This document shows, piece after piece, positions 28,533 to 45,450 of a DNA stretch of 64,000 nt. The stretch comes from Tubiluchus corallicola (lineage: Eukaryota > Animalia > Priapulida): the NCBI GenBank assembly GCA_030141605.1, contig JAQGDQ010000192.1:310001-374000 (forward strand), read 5' to 3'. A program made the translations under genes and the position numbers. Numbering within the stretch: the stretch's first letter is position 1; the number at the start of each line of letters is the position of its first letter. Under the pieces are notes generated by a model. It ran no database searches. It was not told the origin of the DNA and worked only from the letters and a program-made list of their open reading frames with translations.

Positions 28533-30974
28533 CTGAATGTGCCATTTTTTGCTTTATTCATTTACAATGTTGAATGAATGTTTTCAACTTTTTACACTTC
28601 TCTGCACAAATTATTAACTTTTTTCAATTCCTTGTTGAATGAATGAAATTTATTCTCTTCGGTTTATTCTTAATCCCTATACTGTCTTGCAGTGAGCAGC
28701 TTTCTATGTAATGAGCATTTTTCAAGAATTGGGATACTTTCTATAAACACTGTGGAGTTAGCATGTGAAGTGGTTAATTTTATGTCTGCTTGAATTTTGT
28801 GCGAATTTTCCATAAGTCAGGGTGCCTGAATAATAATCAAAATATGCGTAATTATTTTTTAATAATAGTACATATGCTTTCTCCATAAATAGCATTTCTT
28901 CCTTTGAAGGATTTTTCATCAACTACCACATCCTATTTTGAATACCTACATGAATAAACAGGTATATAGAGCTCATACGTTGTTATTTTTAACAAGGTGG
29001 CAGGGCACTTGGGGTAAATGTTTGCAAAGCATAAAGAGGAAATACACAGCTCTGATTGTCAAACTTGTTCTCATAAGGGAATGGACGAGGTTTAGAGCTT
29101 CGTTCAAAATTCATATGATAGCTCAACAAAACCTCCTCTATTTTTTGATACTTTTGATTGGACCCTGTCGGTTGCTAAAAGAAATGTAAATGAAAATGTA
29201 ACTATGAAAAGTGCCTTTTTTGGTATCACGATCAAGATGTCTTCAAAAGAAAGACGTTACTTTACAGTTTCTTTATGGATACAATACACTTGTGCTTGTT
29301 CGTCAAATTTTCCAAATCAGACCATATAGTAGTTTACAGTTTGTGTGTTAGATAAAATAGTACTTGTAGTGCGTAGGCTTATTAAGTATTATAACCTAGA
29401 GTGTTGACACCGTAAAAAATGATATTTTCTTTAAGTTGTTTGCCTAGGCTTATTGGGTTTACTTGGGCTTAACTGCTGAAGTTCTATGACCTGATAACAT
29501 ATACTCTTCTGATGACTTGTGCCTGCAAATGAAAGCAGAAAAAAATCACATCGTTTGTCATAGTATAAAGTTCAACATTGTACCAACAGTTCTGTTTCTT
29601 AAAACACATCTTCAGTAAACCAGAAAATTGACATTGAATGTGTGAACTGTTTTTTCTTTTATAATTTTAGAAGTACAATTATAGTTATTATTGGTGTGAC
29701 ACTTGCCAATTATTTTTTTTTTGGTGAAGAGCAATTCATATCAGCACTGTAATTTTAAGCAGACACAGTCAAAAGACTACCATAAACTTAAAACACCAAT
29801 CAAACATATCAGAACAGTTAAAAGCAATGATGGCATTTGCTTTTGCACAATTTAGCATACAAATACACAAATTCAAATTGCTTGGATGTAAATTTTTCAT
29901 CCAAAAGTCAAACTGAAACAGTGCATATCAAACACATTTTGTAAAAGATGTCTGTTGCTTGGCTGTAAAGTTAATTTATGTTCTAGCTGTAAACAGAAAA
30001 ATGAAACTTTGTCCGTAACAATGAATGTCCGTAAAAGTGTGAAGTGAGTTTCCTAACACACGGTTCTGGCTGCTTTTCATTAGTACTATAAATTATTATA
30101 TAGTACTACCATTAGTGAATAAAATTAAAATGATATACACTGCGAAATTAATGCTTTTGCTATTTCCAGTGATTCTGTAATAACAGGGGTGGCCCACTTT
30201 TTGTTTTGTTTCTTGTGTCGCAGTTTAAATGTGTTAATTTGCATGATGCATGATCTTTGGATTACTTGCATTGCACATTTGTTTTTTTCCAGTCATAGCA
30301 GTTAGTACTAGTAGTAGTTACTGAACCTGCCAAATGTTCCTGATCTATGGTGCATGCTGTGTAACTAATATTTTAATGCTGTTAACTTTTTGTTTTGTTT
30401 AAATTTTGTCTTTTGTGCATAATTGCACATGATTTGAAAAATACTACATGCACAATTCTAAACAAAACTTGACAAAGCTGTTACTGTATTAGTTAATGAC
30501 CAAGTAGTTTAAAGCGTGCTAATTACTTGTCAATAAACATTTGATCTTTTAGAGGTAATGATGAAAACATTCTGAAGTAGGCCAGAAGTTAATCCCTGCT
30601 TGTAAACATAATCATTTGCATTTAACTAGTGTAGGTCATGTAGTGGATAAGCTCTAGATTATTAACTAAGGAATGCAACACTTTTTTCATTGTCTGATAA
30701 ATTTAATATTTATTGGGCCTACTTAGTAATGTTTTACTATTAAATTTCTCCATTCAGTTAGAAAATTAAATGCATCGTGACATATTCAAATTCCTCAAGA
30801 TTAGTTATTTTATATAATTAAATTATACAATATAATTATGTTATATAATAAAAAGTATACGTATATTATGGATAGATATTTGTGAAGCTTAATTTGTTTA
30901 ACATGTCATCTTGTATACTTCACAACATATGAGAAAAGCCTTATTTTACTTAAATATTGTTTGCATGTCACTAG

Positions 30975-31041
30975 GGAACGAATGTTGCCGCTGGAAAAGC
31001 ACGTGGTGTTGTTGTAGGAACTGGCCTTATGACAGAAATTG
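30975..31041 (+). CDS. SERCA: SERCA exon 8 (GTNVAAGKARGVVVGTGLMTEI)
   Basis: 67 nt, AG/GT bounded, in frame. Confidence 0.94.
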
Positions 31042-31573
31042 GTGAGATTATCGTAATATATATCTAATACATCATTTTCATATCCTTATGCACAAAAACA
31101 AATTTTATCTTTTATGATGGAAAGCTTTAATTAAATTTGGTGCATCATAGAAAGAAAAGCACTTTATGCACAATAGAAAGTTTTAATGACTGCACAGAAA
31201 AATTGGATAAAAATCCCGATAAAGAAATGGAATGTTATTGTTCAATGAAGTGATTTTATTATTTAATTAAAAGGTGATTTTTAAAGCACTTTTTTACAGT
31301 GCTAATGCATTAGTGTTCATTAAATGTTGTAAAATCTCTGTGCTATAAATATGTTTTCCATTTTCTACAATGCTTTAGTACTATGGAGTAACTACAAATG
31401 CACAAGAAATGGGTCATTTGGTCCGCAGAAACATCACACTTAATTCATTGAAATTTCGTCTGCATAACTTTGGTAAAAATCCAAGAAATAGCTGCATTTC
31501 AAAGAACTGTGCTAAAAAAACCTGTAAAAAAGAACGGTTTCAGAAACAACGAATTAATTCTCATTGTTTGTGA

Positions 31574-31744
<171 letters not shown>

Positions 31745-32331
31745 TGAAACAACCCATTGGCTAGGAGCTTTCAAATTATTTAATGATATTTTTAATACTT
31801 AATAGTTATTATACTGTTCGTCACCACATCTGTCATCTGTTCTGCCTGCCACCCCAAGAAACTATTAGACCCAAACGAGTTTTTCCAACAGTAGTTACAA
31901 ATATGAACAACAAATGTAATTCAAATACAGAGTATTGTTCTAAAAATAATTTCCGCTAAAGTTAGTTTACAAGGCAGCAGCTCGAGGGGTTAAACTGTAC
32001 TTAATGTTTTAAAGCAACTGCTTGATTGCTCAGTTTCGATTATTTGTTTGTGCCACTTATATATGTGGAATGTAGACCACAGTCCAGAAATTTGGTTGCT
32101 CAAGTGAAATTTCGCAAGAGCGCTGTGAATTCATAATAGTTTCATCCGAAAAATACTAGAATGAAAAGCAAGCAGAATCTTACCAGTTCTATAAAGAGTC
32201 TGCAGTTCAGAGTTTGATAAACTTCAAATGTTTAGTTGATAAAAAATCTGGCAAAGTTTGATAGATGTTGAGCAGTTTAAGAGTAAATTTGACTATTTTC
32301 TTCTTTCATTATCAGTTAACCTTTGTTTTAG

Positions 32332-32511
<180 letters not shown>

Positions 32512-33578
32512 TAGTGTTTGCTGTTGTTAAAGCACAAGAAAACTTTTCATTTATGTAAAGTTTAAAAAAATTGTCTTGAAATTTCATACCACTTGCATTC
32601 TGTCTTATTGCATACACCACTTGTGTTAGTAGTAACGCTGTATAAAACTTGAAAATTTATTCTCCCGCTACGACCATTAGGCATAGCTATTCAGATAAGT
32701 CTTCTGAAACTTGTTTAGATAACAAAACGTAAAGTTTGAAAAAATAATCATAGCATCCGTAGTGCACACTTCACTATCTAAGCAAACTTTTAAATTACTG
32801 TATCTTGTCAATAAGATTAAAAATAGGTTTTTTGTTGAGTGACTTGTGTACACTTGAAAGGTGAGTCAGCGATATTTTTTACCAATTAGCGGGAATATTT
32901 TAAATTATTAATAGTTACCTAAGCCTTTCAAGCAACTAAACTAAGTAAAGTGACTTTGCATAGAAAGTTTTTAGGGATATAGTTAACATTACCTTTTCTT
33001 TCCCTTTAAACAAGCAAATTATGTTTAACCTGTTTCTGTGTGTTCTATCATTTAATCATGGTCTGTTGCTGTGACATATGTATATATAGCACTTGAAATA
33101 ACGTAAACTGTGTACATAAACGTAAACATGTAGAAACGTTACCACTAGCTTCTAGCTTGTTTGTATTGTAATTAGGTTTACAATAGTTTTCTTGTGCTGT
33201 ATACACCAGATAATTGCAAACTGCACTAAGTGAAGACATCAGTAATACCTATTTTTTACACTTGTAGATGTAAAACTTTCGCCTCGATACTTTTAAGGGT
33301 GACAAAAAAGGCATTTTACCTAGTATTCAATGACATTTTGAAAGTTAAATGTGAGGCAAAATTCTGGCATTAAAGTCCATCTGTCTTTTTTTTACAGAAA
33401 ATGCAGAAATTTGCACACAAAATACTGATAAAATTTATTTCGTGCCAATTAAGTGAAAAAGAAGTAATGATTTATGTCAAACAAAAGCTGCAAATTACAA
33501 TTTTTGTGTCAGCTCAGATGTGCAAATTTACTTATTTGCATAGGTGATACATCAATCTCATTTTGTAATAATTCATGA

Positions 33579-33728
<150 letters not shown>

Positions 33729-33868
33729 TAGCTATAATATTTTTTTGTTTAATCTACAAGTTGGATTGAGCCATGTTTGATGATCCAATTCCATTTACTT
33801 AAAAAACTGGTATGTACAATATCAAATTGGTTTTCAGTATTAATTTGTTCATTTTCTCTGGTTTTTAG

Positions 33869-33957
33869 TTTTTTATCTTTGAATCGGCTGAAGGCGACAA
33901 CTGCACATTTCATCAGTTTGATGTTAGTGGTTCTACGTACGAGCCGGTTGGAGATGT
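33869..33957 (+). CDS. SERCA: SERCA exon 12 (FFIFESAEGDNCTFHQFDVSGSTYEPVGD)
   Basis: 89 nt, ends in phase 2 with gtaagt; GSTYEP motif. Confidence 0.93.
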
Positions 33958-35000
33958 GTAAGTAAATTCATTTCTAATTTGTCTAATTTTTCATCGAATA
34001 GAAATGCCCTTTACTTTTTCAGAGTGTTTCAGAGGAAAATAAAAAAATTGGTACTATTAGTGATATGTACATCCTACTTGAGAAGCATAAATTCATTTTT
34101 GAGCCAGAATTTAAGCATGACTAATGCCATTTTCTACAGGTGGTCCCAACACCCAACTTTCATTCCTGACTGGAATAAAATTTTCACTAGTTTTTCTGTC
34201 CAATATGTATGACTATAGATCCTTCTTAAGGTGGATGAAACAAAATACTAATATCTTGATAACTCACCTATATTCCTTCATTCATTAATTATTATAATTA
34301 CACCATTTTTATTAAATTGATTTAGCTCATACCTTGTCATTTTATCCAATTTTCTCTCTCAGCCCTAAAAAGCCTAAAAGGTCTCCAGCTGACCCCCATT
34401 AATTCTGTAATAAAAGTTTCCAGTGCGGTAGAGAAAAAGTTTAGCAAGCAATCCTATTTTTGTTTGTTCTGGCACAGTTTAAGGTAAACATTTGAATTAT
34501 GTGCAATGTTAGAAACTGGTTTGTTTGATTACGTGGATGTACTGTAGTTTAACAACTCATTATGCTACCACATTTTCCATTTCCAGTGACATGTGGGTCA
34601 AAGTCATTTTTACGCCTTTCCAGTCTACTCACAATTTATGCACAAACACATCAGTCCTCGCGTAACTGTTTTGTGCTGCCAGAACTTGCATTATGAAATT
34701 CGTTATATGTTTTAATGTTGGGCAGAGATATAGAAATGCTCAATGTAAATTATTTTTTAAATGGCAGACTTATTTTATCCAATCTTACCAGTTTTGCCAT
34801 TTTCGTAAACATTTCTATTGAAAAAATATTATAGCACATAAGCAAAAAAATGTTTTTATCGTGTTAGGATGCCAGAACATAGTTAAGCTTCATTTATGAA
34901 AATCTGTTGTCATGTTAGACCTGCATTTTCATTGGCAAATTTCTTTGCAAATATTCATTGGCGAAAGTAGTTTCATACTATATTTGGGGTGATTGTTTAG

Positions 35001-35103
35001 GATGGTTAATGGCAGGAAAATTAAATCGGAAAATTATAGTTGCTTGCCCGAGTTAGCAACTATATGTGCAATGTGCAATGAATCAAGCGTTGATTTTAAT
35101 GAG
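35001..35103 (+). CDS. SERCA: SERCA exon 13a (MVNGRKIKSENYSCLPELATICAMCNESSVDFNE)
   Basis: 103 nt, tttag|...|gtattc, phase 2 to 0, ELATICxxCN motif. Confidence 0.92.
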
Positions 35104-36532
35104 GTATTCTGGCATGTTTGAGTGAATGTTTTTTGTCTTGGCAAGTTGACATTATTATTCGTCAACCAAAATTTTTACACCGAGAATTATTAGTGATCTT
35201 GTTGTGGAATAACTGATTTAGCAAATAAAATGGAACATTCTTCAGAGGTATTTGTAGCGAAATATGCACACCCGAAGAAGAGAAACCATTTTATTTGCGA
35301 TTGTTTGTTTTAATTGTTTTGCACTTTATTCGGCTTTTCCATTTACTAACTAACAGTTAGTTAACTTGCTCGAGATGCAACTAATGCTGTAAAAACAACC
35401 CATATTTTTTTATTGATTGGTTAACATGGTTACTGGCCTGACTGACCGACCGACCAACTGACTTATCGACACATATACCAACTAAGTGGGGAATGCGATA
35501 TTTTCCTAGAAAACCAATTTCTGAGTTTTTTTAGAAAAACTGAGTCAAGGACACATATAGAAGTCAACTTCTATCAACAATAAAATCAACTAATCATAAG
35601 GATTTCATATATCAGTTTCTTTGCTATATATTTTTAAGAAATATATTTAAATAAAGTAACCAGGCTGAAGCTTTTAGTGGCTTCATTTAGCCTTTAACAA
35701 AAAGCCCGCTGAAGCAACAAAGCCAAGATAATGTAGTTGAAAAGCCTTACTTTAAGACGATGGACAGAAATCATCGGGTATATCTGTATCAGTTTTAATT
35801 TCACATTTGCACAAGTTTAAATAAAAGCTTCATGGAAAAACCTGAATGATATTACGTTTGCATTCTGCATAAGATTCGGCATAATGTTAGCGTTGTTGAA
35901 TCTCGTCTTTTTAAGGTTGCTAGGTTGTCCAAGTTTATTTTGTGCAATTCACCCAAGTTTTTTATTCGCATTGTGCTGATGTGCATATTTATTGAAGAAC
36001 TGAAAATGCACTGAAATGTGTTCTTAAATAATCTAAGGTTTAGACTGCAAACCTAGAGCTGGTGGCTTTTCAGTTTTATACATTTTTGACGTACATTGCT
36101 TAATTTGAGATCACTTATTATGGATCTTGAATGATTTAAAGTGTCACCTACACATCTAGGCTTTTATTCCAAAAGCTACTTGACTCTGTTAATCGGGTAT
36201 TTGTAAATATTGCATAAACATCACTAATGGACGTGGATTATGAGACTCAATTGGCATCGCAAGCTGAGCTAAGTACTTCGTCGCAATTGTACAATGCCGA
36301 TTTTTCGACTGACTGTATATTGAATTGCAGATGTTTTCTATGTCGTTACATTGTGCATTTTGATTGTTAAATAGAATTTAAATCACTTGCGCATTTCCGT
36401 ATTATCCATAATCACTTTAGTTGTAAAGTGTAACACTTATTACATAATGTACTTACTAGTTATAATTTAATGCATATTATTTTTTTGTTGCATCCCATTC
36501 CCATTAACTTGCATGGTGTGCTGTGTTTATAG

Positions 36533-36635
36533 AACAAAAAGCGGTCGTGCAATAAATGTGGATGATTATGACGTACTCAAGGAGTTTGCTTCCATCTGTT
36601 GTTTGTGTAACGATTCCTCCATCCATTACAGCGAT
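36533..36635 (+). CDS. SERCA: SERCA exon 13b (TKSGRAINVDDYDVLKEFASICCLCNDSSIHYSD), alternative duplicated copy
   Basis: 103 nt, ttatag|...|gtaaga, same phases as 13a, 14/35 aa identical, ICxLCNDS motif. Confidence 0.9.
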
Positions 36636-37773
36636 GTAAGAAAATGATTTTTAGTTACCTTTCTTTACTTTTTGAAAATTCCAAGCAATGTTGGTAGCAT
36701 AAATTTAAAACTTAGTGCACAAAAAATGCTATTTTGAACTTTGAAGTGTTTTACAAGTAGCTAAGTATAGTGCTGAAAATTGAATGCAAAAATATTTTTA
36801 TGTAATTGAAATACATAATTAACCCCAATAGAGGCAGTATGGTGCCACTATTTATTAACAGGCTAAATATAGAGGGTACATTATTTCAAATATTTTTATA
36901 TTTTATGACTACAATGTAGCTGAAACATGATGGCGACTCTCTAGTGATGACTCATTATCATTTGGTAAAATTTGACACGATATACACGACATTTAAATTT
37001 TTGTACAAGCGTTTAATGCAAGAAATGTATAAGGGTTGTTTTGTGTTCTCGTAAAACCACCTTTCGCGCACACATTTAAAATCGTCTGATGGCAAAAACT
37101 CATTTTCGGCACAATCAGCGCAACTATAAACAAAGTTTTAAATGTCAACAGTTGAGTGCATGCTGGTTGGAAAGCGTTTATTATCCTAAAGCTGCAGTTT
37201 TGGTACAGTTGTTCCACATGTAGTCTAAACACAGACTTATTTTTCTAAAATCACCGAATTAAATAAGCAGAAAAACTCTTTGCCCTATTTTGAAGTAGTG
37301 ACCTTGCTGGAGATGATAGTAGGCAATAAACACGTCATCCTAAAACATTACATTTTTTCCAATTGTTTGTGTAAGTATATTTTATAATACATGAAAACTT
37401 ATTTCGTATTTTAGCTAATGGTAGGTTTAGCAAGTTTGTTCAGATACTATATTTGTGTGTAAACCATTTGTCATAGCAGTATCTCTGCCTGTTTTATTGT
37501 TCTGCTAAATTGTTTACAAAGATTATAACTATACTCAGTAGTTTGTTCACTTGAGCTACATAAAGAACATTCACTACTTGCTTGATCGACGTTGTCGTAA
37601 GGGCTTTAATATATTATTACTTTAGCACTTTATAACTTTTCAGTGTTGTGGCAGTTGTATTTCTGTGCTTGATATAAAAATCTTGTTTGAAATTTAAAGC
37701 ATAAAAATATGTATTCTTAACAGTTATTTACTCCTTTGACTGTCAAACTTGTTTACTTTTGCCTACCACTTAA

Positions 37774-38010
<237 letters not shown>

Positions 38011-38484
38011 TAACTTTAGATGTTTCTTTGGTATAGTCACTAATTGCGCCCGTCTAATTTATTTTCCGCATGTATGCCATTTCCTTTGTATGATGGCCAG
38101 TCTGTAATAGTAGATGCATTTTTTGATGAGAGAAACTGCAAAATGACATTTCATGCACATTTTTATAAAGAGCTGTTTTTATTTTGATTTCTGCTTTCAA
38201 ATGGAAAAAACATCACAAACTTAATAATCTGCCTTGATTAACTTGCTTCTTGCTGCTTATGCAACAGCTCCTCTCTTTCTTGAAAACATTAGTAGTTACC
38301 TAAAAAATTCCACAACACAAAAGTATTTTTTCGAAAACATTATTTAAAAAACTACCTGTTTAGTGTTTACTTCTGTTAAGCCTTAGTTGTGTTATGCAAA
38401 TAATTCAGGTCCATAAGTGCAACACCTGTAATTTGTTGAAATGTTCCAACATTCAAACTTGAAAGAAGCAATGTGAATGCCTTG

Positions 38485-39070
38485 GGCCCATTTCACTGTG
38501 AGAAAGCACATCAAAATTCCTCTGGAAGAAATTCCTTGCGGCATTCCTCAAGAAAATGGAACACATTGTTTTTCTATGGCGTATTTTGCAATGACACCTT
38601 ACAAGGAATCTTCCTCGTGCAATTTCTCATGAGGAATTCTGCTGCGCATCTAACAAGAAGCTATGCATCCTCCTCATGAAGAAAATTGTCACGTAGTAAA
38701 AATGCTGCATGTTCCATTTTCATGAGGAATCCTCGTAGAATTCAGATCAAAATTTAACTGTTCTTTCTTGTCCAAAAGATGACAATTCACACATTTCAGC
38801 ATAAAATTATAAGGTTCAATCTTTTTTTGACAGACAGACGATTTTGTTTTAATAGTGCAATGGAAATCCATGATGACGAGTAATAGCTAGAAACCTGCAA
38901 CTCACAGAGTAGCTGCAGCTAACTGGATATGCGGAAAAAACTTCACGATTTCATTGTAAAATAAACTTTCTTGCTGCATGAAAAAAATCTGACATTTTCT
39001 GAAAATTTTCTGATTTCCTAAAAACAATTCCATGCATCACTTTTCTTGTATCCTCACTATGAAATGGGCC
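38485..39070. mobile_element. PIF/Harbinger-like MITE
   Basis: Terminal inverted repeats GGCCCATTTCAc(t)GTGAG ... CTCACtaTGAAATGGGCC, flanks TTG/TTA (TWA-type target with one mismatch), internal repeated TTCCTC/GAGGAA palindromic motifs, no ORF. Confidence 0.7.
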
Positions 39071-39302
39071 TTAGTGAGGCATCGTATATCATTCATTGCT
39101 TGTCCTTGTATGTAAACTAAGAGTAACTCACTTCTTAAAAAAAGATGGCTCTTTTCAGTTAGTGCAGTTTGTTTGCTTTTAACTTATGATCAGTGATATT
39201 GTTATTTAGATATTTATTGCTTGTCATTTATTTGCTTTCAAATTACAAAGCTCCTTTCAACATTATCTGCTAATTTGTTGATATTACTTCCCTTTTATTT
39301 AG

Positions 39303-39452
<150 letters not shown>

Positions 39453-39980
39453 TAAATACTATTTCAAAAAACTTGCTTTCAAGTTTTTTGTTGTTTATAT
39501 GTAAACTAGGTCTTTTCAGAGTTAATGATGCAAAACTTAAAAATTAAAATTCTTGCACTTGATGTTTAATGCTAACTGCTAAGTGCAAGCATTAAAACTT
39601 TTGGTCATCTGTTAGGAAATTGAACATTTTCTCTTGCATTTACATTTTGTAAAGATAGGCAAAAATTAATAGTTCACATGTTGTTGATCTAGTAAAAATA
39701 AGTTACACTGCTTTGTGAATACGCTTAATAATAATTACTTTTTTCTTCCAATATGGTTATAATAGTTTCTTTGCCACCCATTTTCATTATTTAAATTGAT
39801 AAGAATTTTTCAACTTATCAGAGTTTTTCATACGAGTTACTGTACTACTAACCCATACACTTTTTGTAAATTTTTTAAGGCTCACTTCAAAACTCGTGGT
39901 TGTTCTCTGTTGCTCAGGTCACTATAACTGTAACTTTTGTTTATTCTATATTGTATTATTTTATAATCGTTTATTTCTAG

Positions 39981-40098
39981 GGTGCAACTGAGGGTGTTTT
40001 AGAAAGGTGCAACTTTGCACGCGTTGGAAACAATCGTGTTCCTCTTACTGACAGGATGAGAGAAAAAGTCATGAAACTAGCTGCCGAATATGGAACTG
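39981..40098 (+). CDS. SERCA: SERCA exon 16 (GATEGVLERC...EYGT)
   Basis: 118 nt, AG/GT bounded, in frame. Confidence 0.94.
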
Positions 40099-40798
40099 GT
40101 ACGTTATTCATACATTAATTCAATTCCGCAAATGATTTGGTTCATGTGTATATTTGTAAGCTGTTGGTTATAAAGCTTTTGCATAAATATAGGTTAAAAA
40201 AACTCTGGTTTTGTGATTATTTTTCTTGAGAACTGGACCAGATTTTACTTGTTAACTTGCTGAATGAAATCTCAGATTAGACAATGGAAATTTATAGCAT
40301 TGTAATAGGTTTTTGTAATGTATGTCTATGTTGGTTTAAACAATATTTTATTTAAGTTACATAATCATTTGTTCCTCATTTTTAGATGAATAATAATTTT
40401 TTTGTAATCGTCTGCCTATAGAATTTGAATAACTGATACACTTACGCTCTGAAAGGCTTTAATATAGGTTTTTCCTATTAGTCAGTCAGTATTTGAGTCG
40501 TGTACATCTACATTGATCCTGCAGTGGATTTGCTATTCACGTTTCTGAAGTGATTGCGACTCGTTTATTTAGTTAAAAATAAACCAGCTTATGTTTTTGT
40601 GAGCAATGTTGTCCTTGTTCTGCATTTTGTCCTTTATCAGATCAGTCAGACAAGGTGGACTGACTGCAACTTGTTCATCTGGCTGCATTGTTTAATAAGC
40701 AGTGCAGAAGAATACTCAGAATAGCAGCCAAAACCTAAAGTTGGCTCCTTTCATGTTTCATGTGATTCTGTTCGCATTTGCATTTACTTCTATCCTGA

Positions 40799-41032
<234 letters not shown>

Positions 41033-41252
41033 TGAAAGAGATCAAACTGTCTATGATGGTGTTCGGAAAAGCAGCTTCTTCAGCGAAGAGTTTACAATTT
41101 GATATTGGATACTGATTAAAAGATGCAACTTAAGATTACAGTATTGTTTGACATACTGTTGTGCGTATGTAATGTTTTCGAGATCTTAACTGGGCATAAT
41201 ATTATTCTTGGCAATGTATATCTGCTTGTTATAATTAGTGACTATCATTTAA

Positions 41253-41504
<252 letters not shown>

Positions 41505-42158
41505 TAGCTTGTAAATTTCTTCTTTATACTTGCCTGTAATTTTGTTTAAGGAGCAAAGGCAGCTTAATAATGAAACAGCTTTGCCTACACTTACTTAATC
41601 TGCTTATTATACTTTTGTCTTGCTGATAACTTGCTGATTTATCGTTAAATCACATATTTTGCTTAATAAATTTGTCTAGAATTAACTAAAGATAAATTTA
41701 TTATGCAAAGTATGTGATTTACCTAAATATGATGAATAAGAAAATTTTAATGCCATAAGAAATATGATTAAAAAAATTTTAAATTTAAATTTTTTTAAGT
41801 ATAATTACTGGATACTTAATGCATGCAATTAGAGGTCCAAATTGTATATACGTTCTATACTAATTATATAAAAATTTATTATTATTAATAATAAAAAATT
41901 GCTGATAACAGCATAATGTTATCACTACTGTTTTCCAAATAGCCACAATGTGTTGCAGTGGCAATCTTTGTCTGGTCTGAGACATGTGTAATGTTGTCCT
42001 TGTTGGCTAGGATTGTCGATTTGACAAGTTATAAACTTGTAAGTAATGATGTCACCATTTGACATTTCCACAAAATTTCTTACAAAAACAGCATTGACAC
42101 TTTGTCCTCAATTTTAGTACTGTTTGTGTGCTATTTGTTATGTACTTTTTATCTCTAG

Positions 42159-42374
<216 letters not shown>

Positions 42375-42953
42375 TGAACAATTTTTAGTGATTCTGTTGT
42401 CGGATTCAGATAGTACTGTCTGCTCGTTTACTGCTGACCAAACCATGCAAATGTAATATCTGCTGTCAAAAGGCCTTCATATCGCTATTTTTTAATCTAT
42501 TGTTCATGATGTGCATTAAGAATTTTGAGCATTGGGTGGCAGACAAATACTGAAACAGAGCAGGCAGAGCTCACTAGCACAAGCAAATCTTGTCATTTAT
42601 AAAAGCTGGCATAAGCCTAAAATGTTGCTGGAACATTATGGAAGGTACCCAAGCTACCTAGCATCATGCACAGCTAGTTTTTGGCCTCCTGTGATTATTT
42701 AAAAAAAAACTTTAAACCTATTGGTATATATGCATTGCATCGGTACATTTATATGTATTAATACTGACCAAGTCAAAACACTGCAATTAGATGGTCAAAG
42801 TTTTAATTCCTGCCTATAAAATTCAAAATTAAGCCCACGTATTCTCCTCCCTAGTATTTGTTGTTACTTGTCAGGAACTAAATGCAAGTTGTATTTCATG
42901 TGTATAAACTACTTTGTTTATTCTATGTGACTCAGAAAATACTTTGCCTGTAG

Positions 42954-43229
<276 letters not shown>

Positions 43230-43567
43230 TAGTTTTTAAAAAGGCTTCGGTATTTCTTGAGCATGCAATATGTAAGCAAATGCACTAAACTAGGCAAACT
43301 TACTATGTGGTGGTATCCAGTAATCGTAATCTTTACTCACATATTATATTTGTTAAAAATATTTATAATTCAGGGTATCAAAAGTAACATGAAGGGGATA
43401 TGGCAATATCAAAAGAGACCTAAAATCGCTAAACTTGGATTATAAGCTATTGCCCATACTGTTCTTCAAATACTATTTTTCAGAAGTCAGCTTGAGCATC
43501 ACTGCAAGAGAATACTAACCAAGCTTTCCAGAAATTTCTAAACCTTGCAAAATGTGAAGAAATGTAA

Positions 43568-43852
<285 letters not shown>

Positions 43853-44083
43853 TAGTTAACGTATTCAATAAATTACTGTAAAGTAGTATTGACAGATCTG
43901 AAGTAGCATTGATTGAAGTAATACCAAGTATTTTTTGACAGATCTGCACATAGAAATGAAATTCACTTTAAAAAATATTTTAAAATGTCCATTATTTTAG
44001 GAATATAGAAGCAAAAAATGTGTTCAGTATTATATTGTAATACTTAACACACATCTAACCTTTGTTTATTTCTTTTTGTTTAG

Positions 44084-44184
44084 CCTACGTTGGTGTTGCA
44101 ACGGTTGGTAGCGCTGCTTGGTGGTTTATGATTTATCATGACGGACCAAAACTAAGCTACTTTCAACTCACACATCATTTATCG
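44084..44184 (+). CDS. SERCA: SERCA exon 22 ([33 protein letters not shown])
   Basis: 101 nt, AG/GT bounded, M7. Confidence 0.95.
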
Positions 44185-44533
44185 GTAAGCCCTGACCTAT
44201 TGTGTTGATGTGTGTAAGCTATTCAAATTGTTCAAATGCACTTTTGATTTTTGGGCATTTTTGGTGTTTTGTTATTTATCATCAATTTAGCGATATTATC
44301 ATGTTAGATTAAAGACTAGTCCCATATGTATTTTTTCTACATCATTTCTAGATCTTTCTAAATTACTAGTGTGCTAGACTTGTCTCTACAAAATCATTCT
44401 CCTACAACAGGTTTGCAGAAACACTCTGCCTGGATACTACTTTTTCTACGTCTTAGTGTACTAGGAATAGGAATTTTCTTGAAATCTTGTTTTACTTTTA
44501 TAAATATTTATTTATTTTCTGTTCTCATTTTAG

Positions 44534-44653
<120 letters not shown>

Positions 44654-45108
44654 TAACAATTTTATTTCATTGTTGATAATCTATTTTAGGTGTGTTACAT
44701 AAAAACATAATCATTATTTGTAGTGGAATTTTTCTTCTGTAAACGATTCCTTTTTGATTACACGTTTGGAACACGATATATGATATCCAACATCAATGCA
44801 AATTCATTTTTTGCTGCTGCATTTTGTTACTAGAGACTAATTAAACAAAATTTTAGTATGTAACTCCTTCACATCCCAAAATCAAATGCTCGTAACAGAA
44901 AATCGGCTGAAAGTTATCAATGGAAAACTTCACAGCTATCAGTCATCAAGGTCTATATTACTGATACTGGACAATCATCAATGGGTGTTATTAAGTGTCT
45001 ATTGGTTGTTATCAAAAATCAAAGCACTTGTGCCTTCAGTCGTTTATGATGCTTGTAAGTGAACTGAACTGTTTTAAATTTTTACTAAAATATTTTTAAT
45101 CTGTGTGA

Positions 45109-45450
<342 letters not shown>

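Noticed and set aside
30170-30210. GDSVI-like reading resembling a third exon 7 copy
   Set aside because: No acceptor in the correct position and no NQDKKN similarity.
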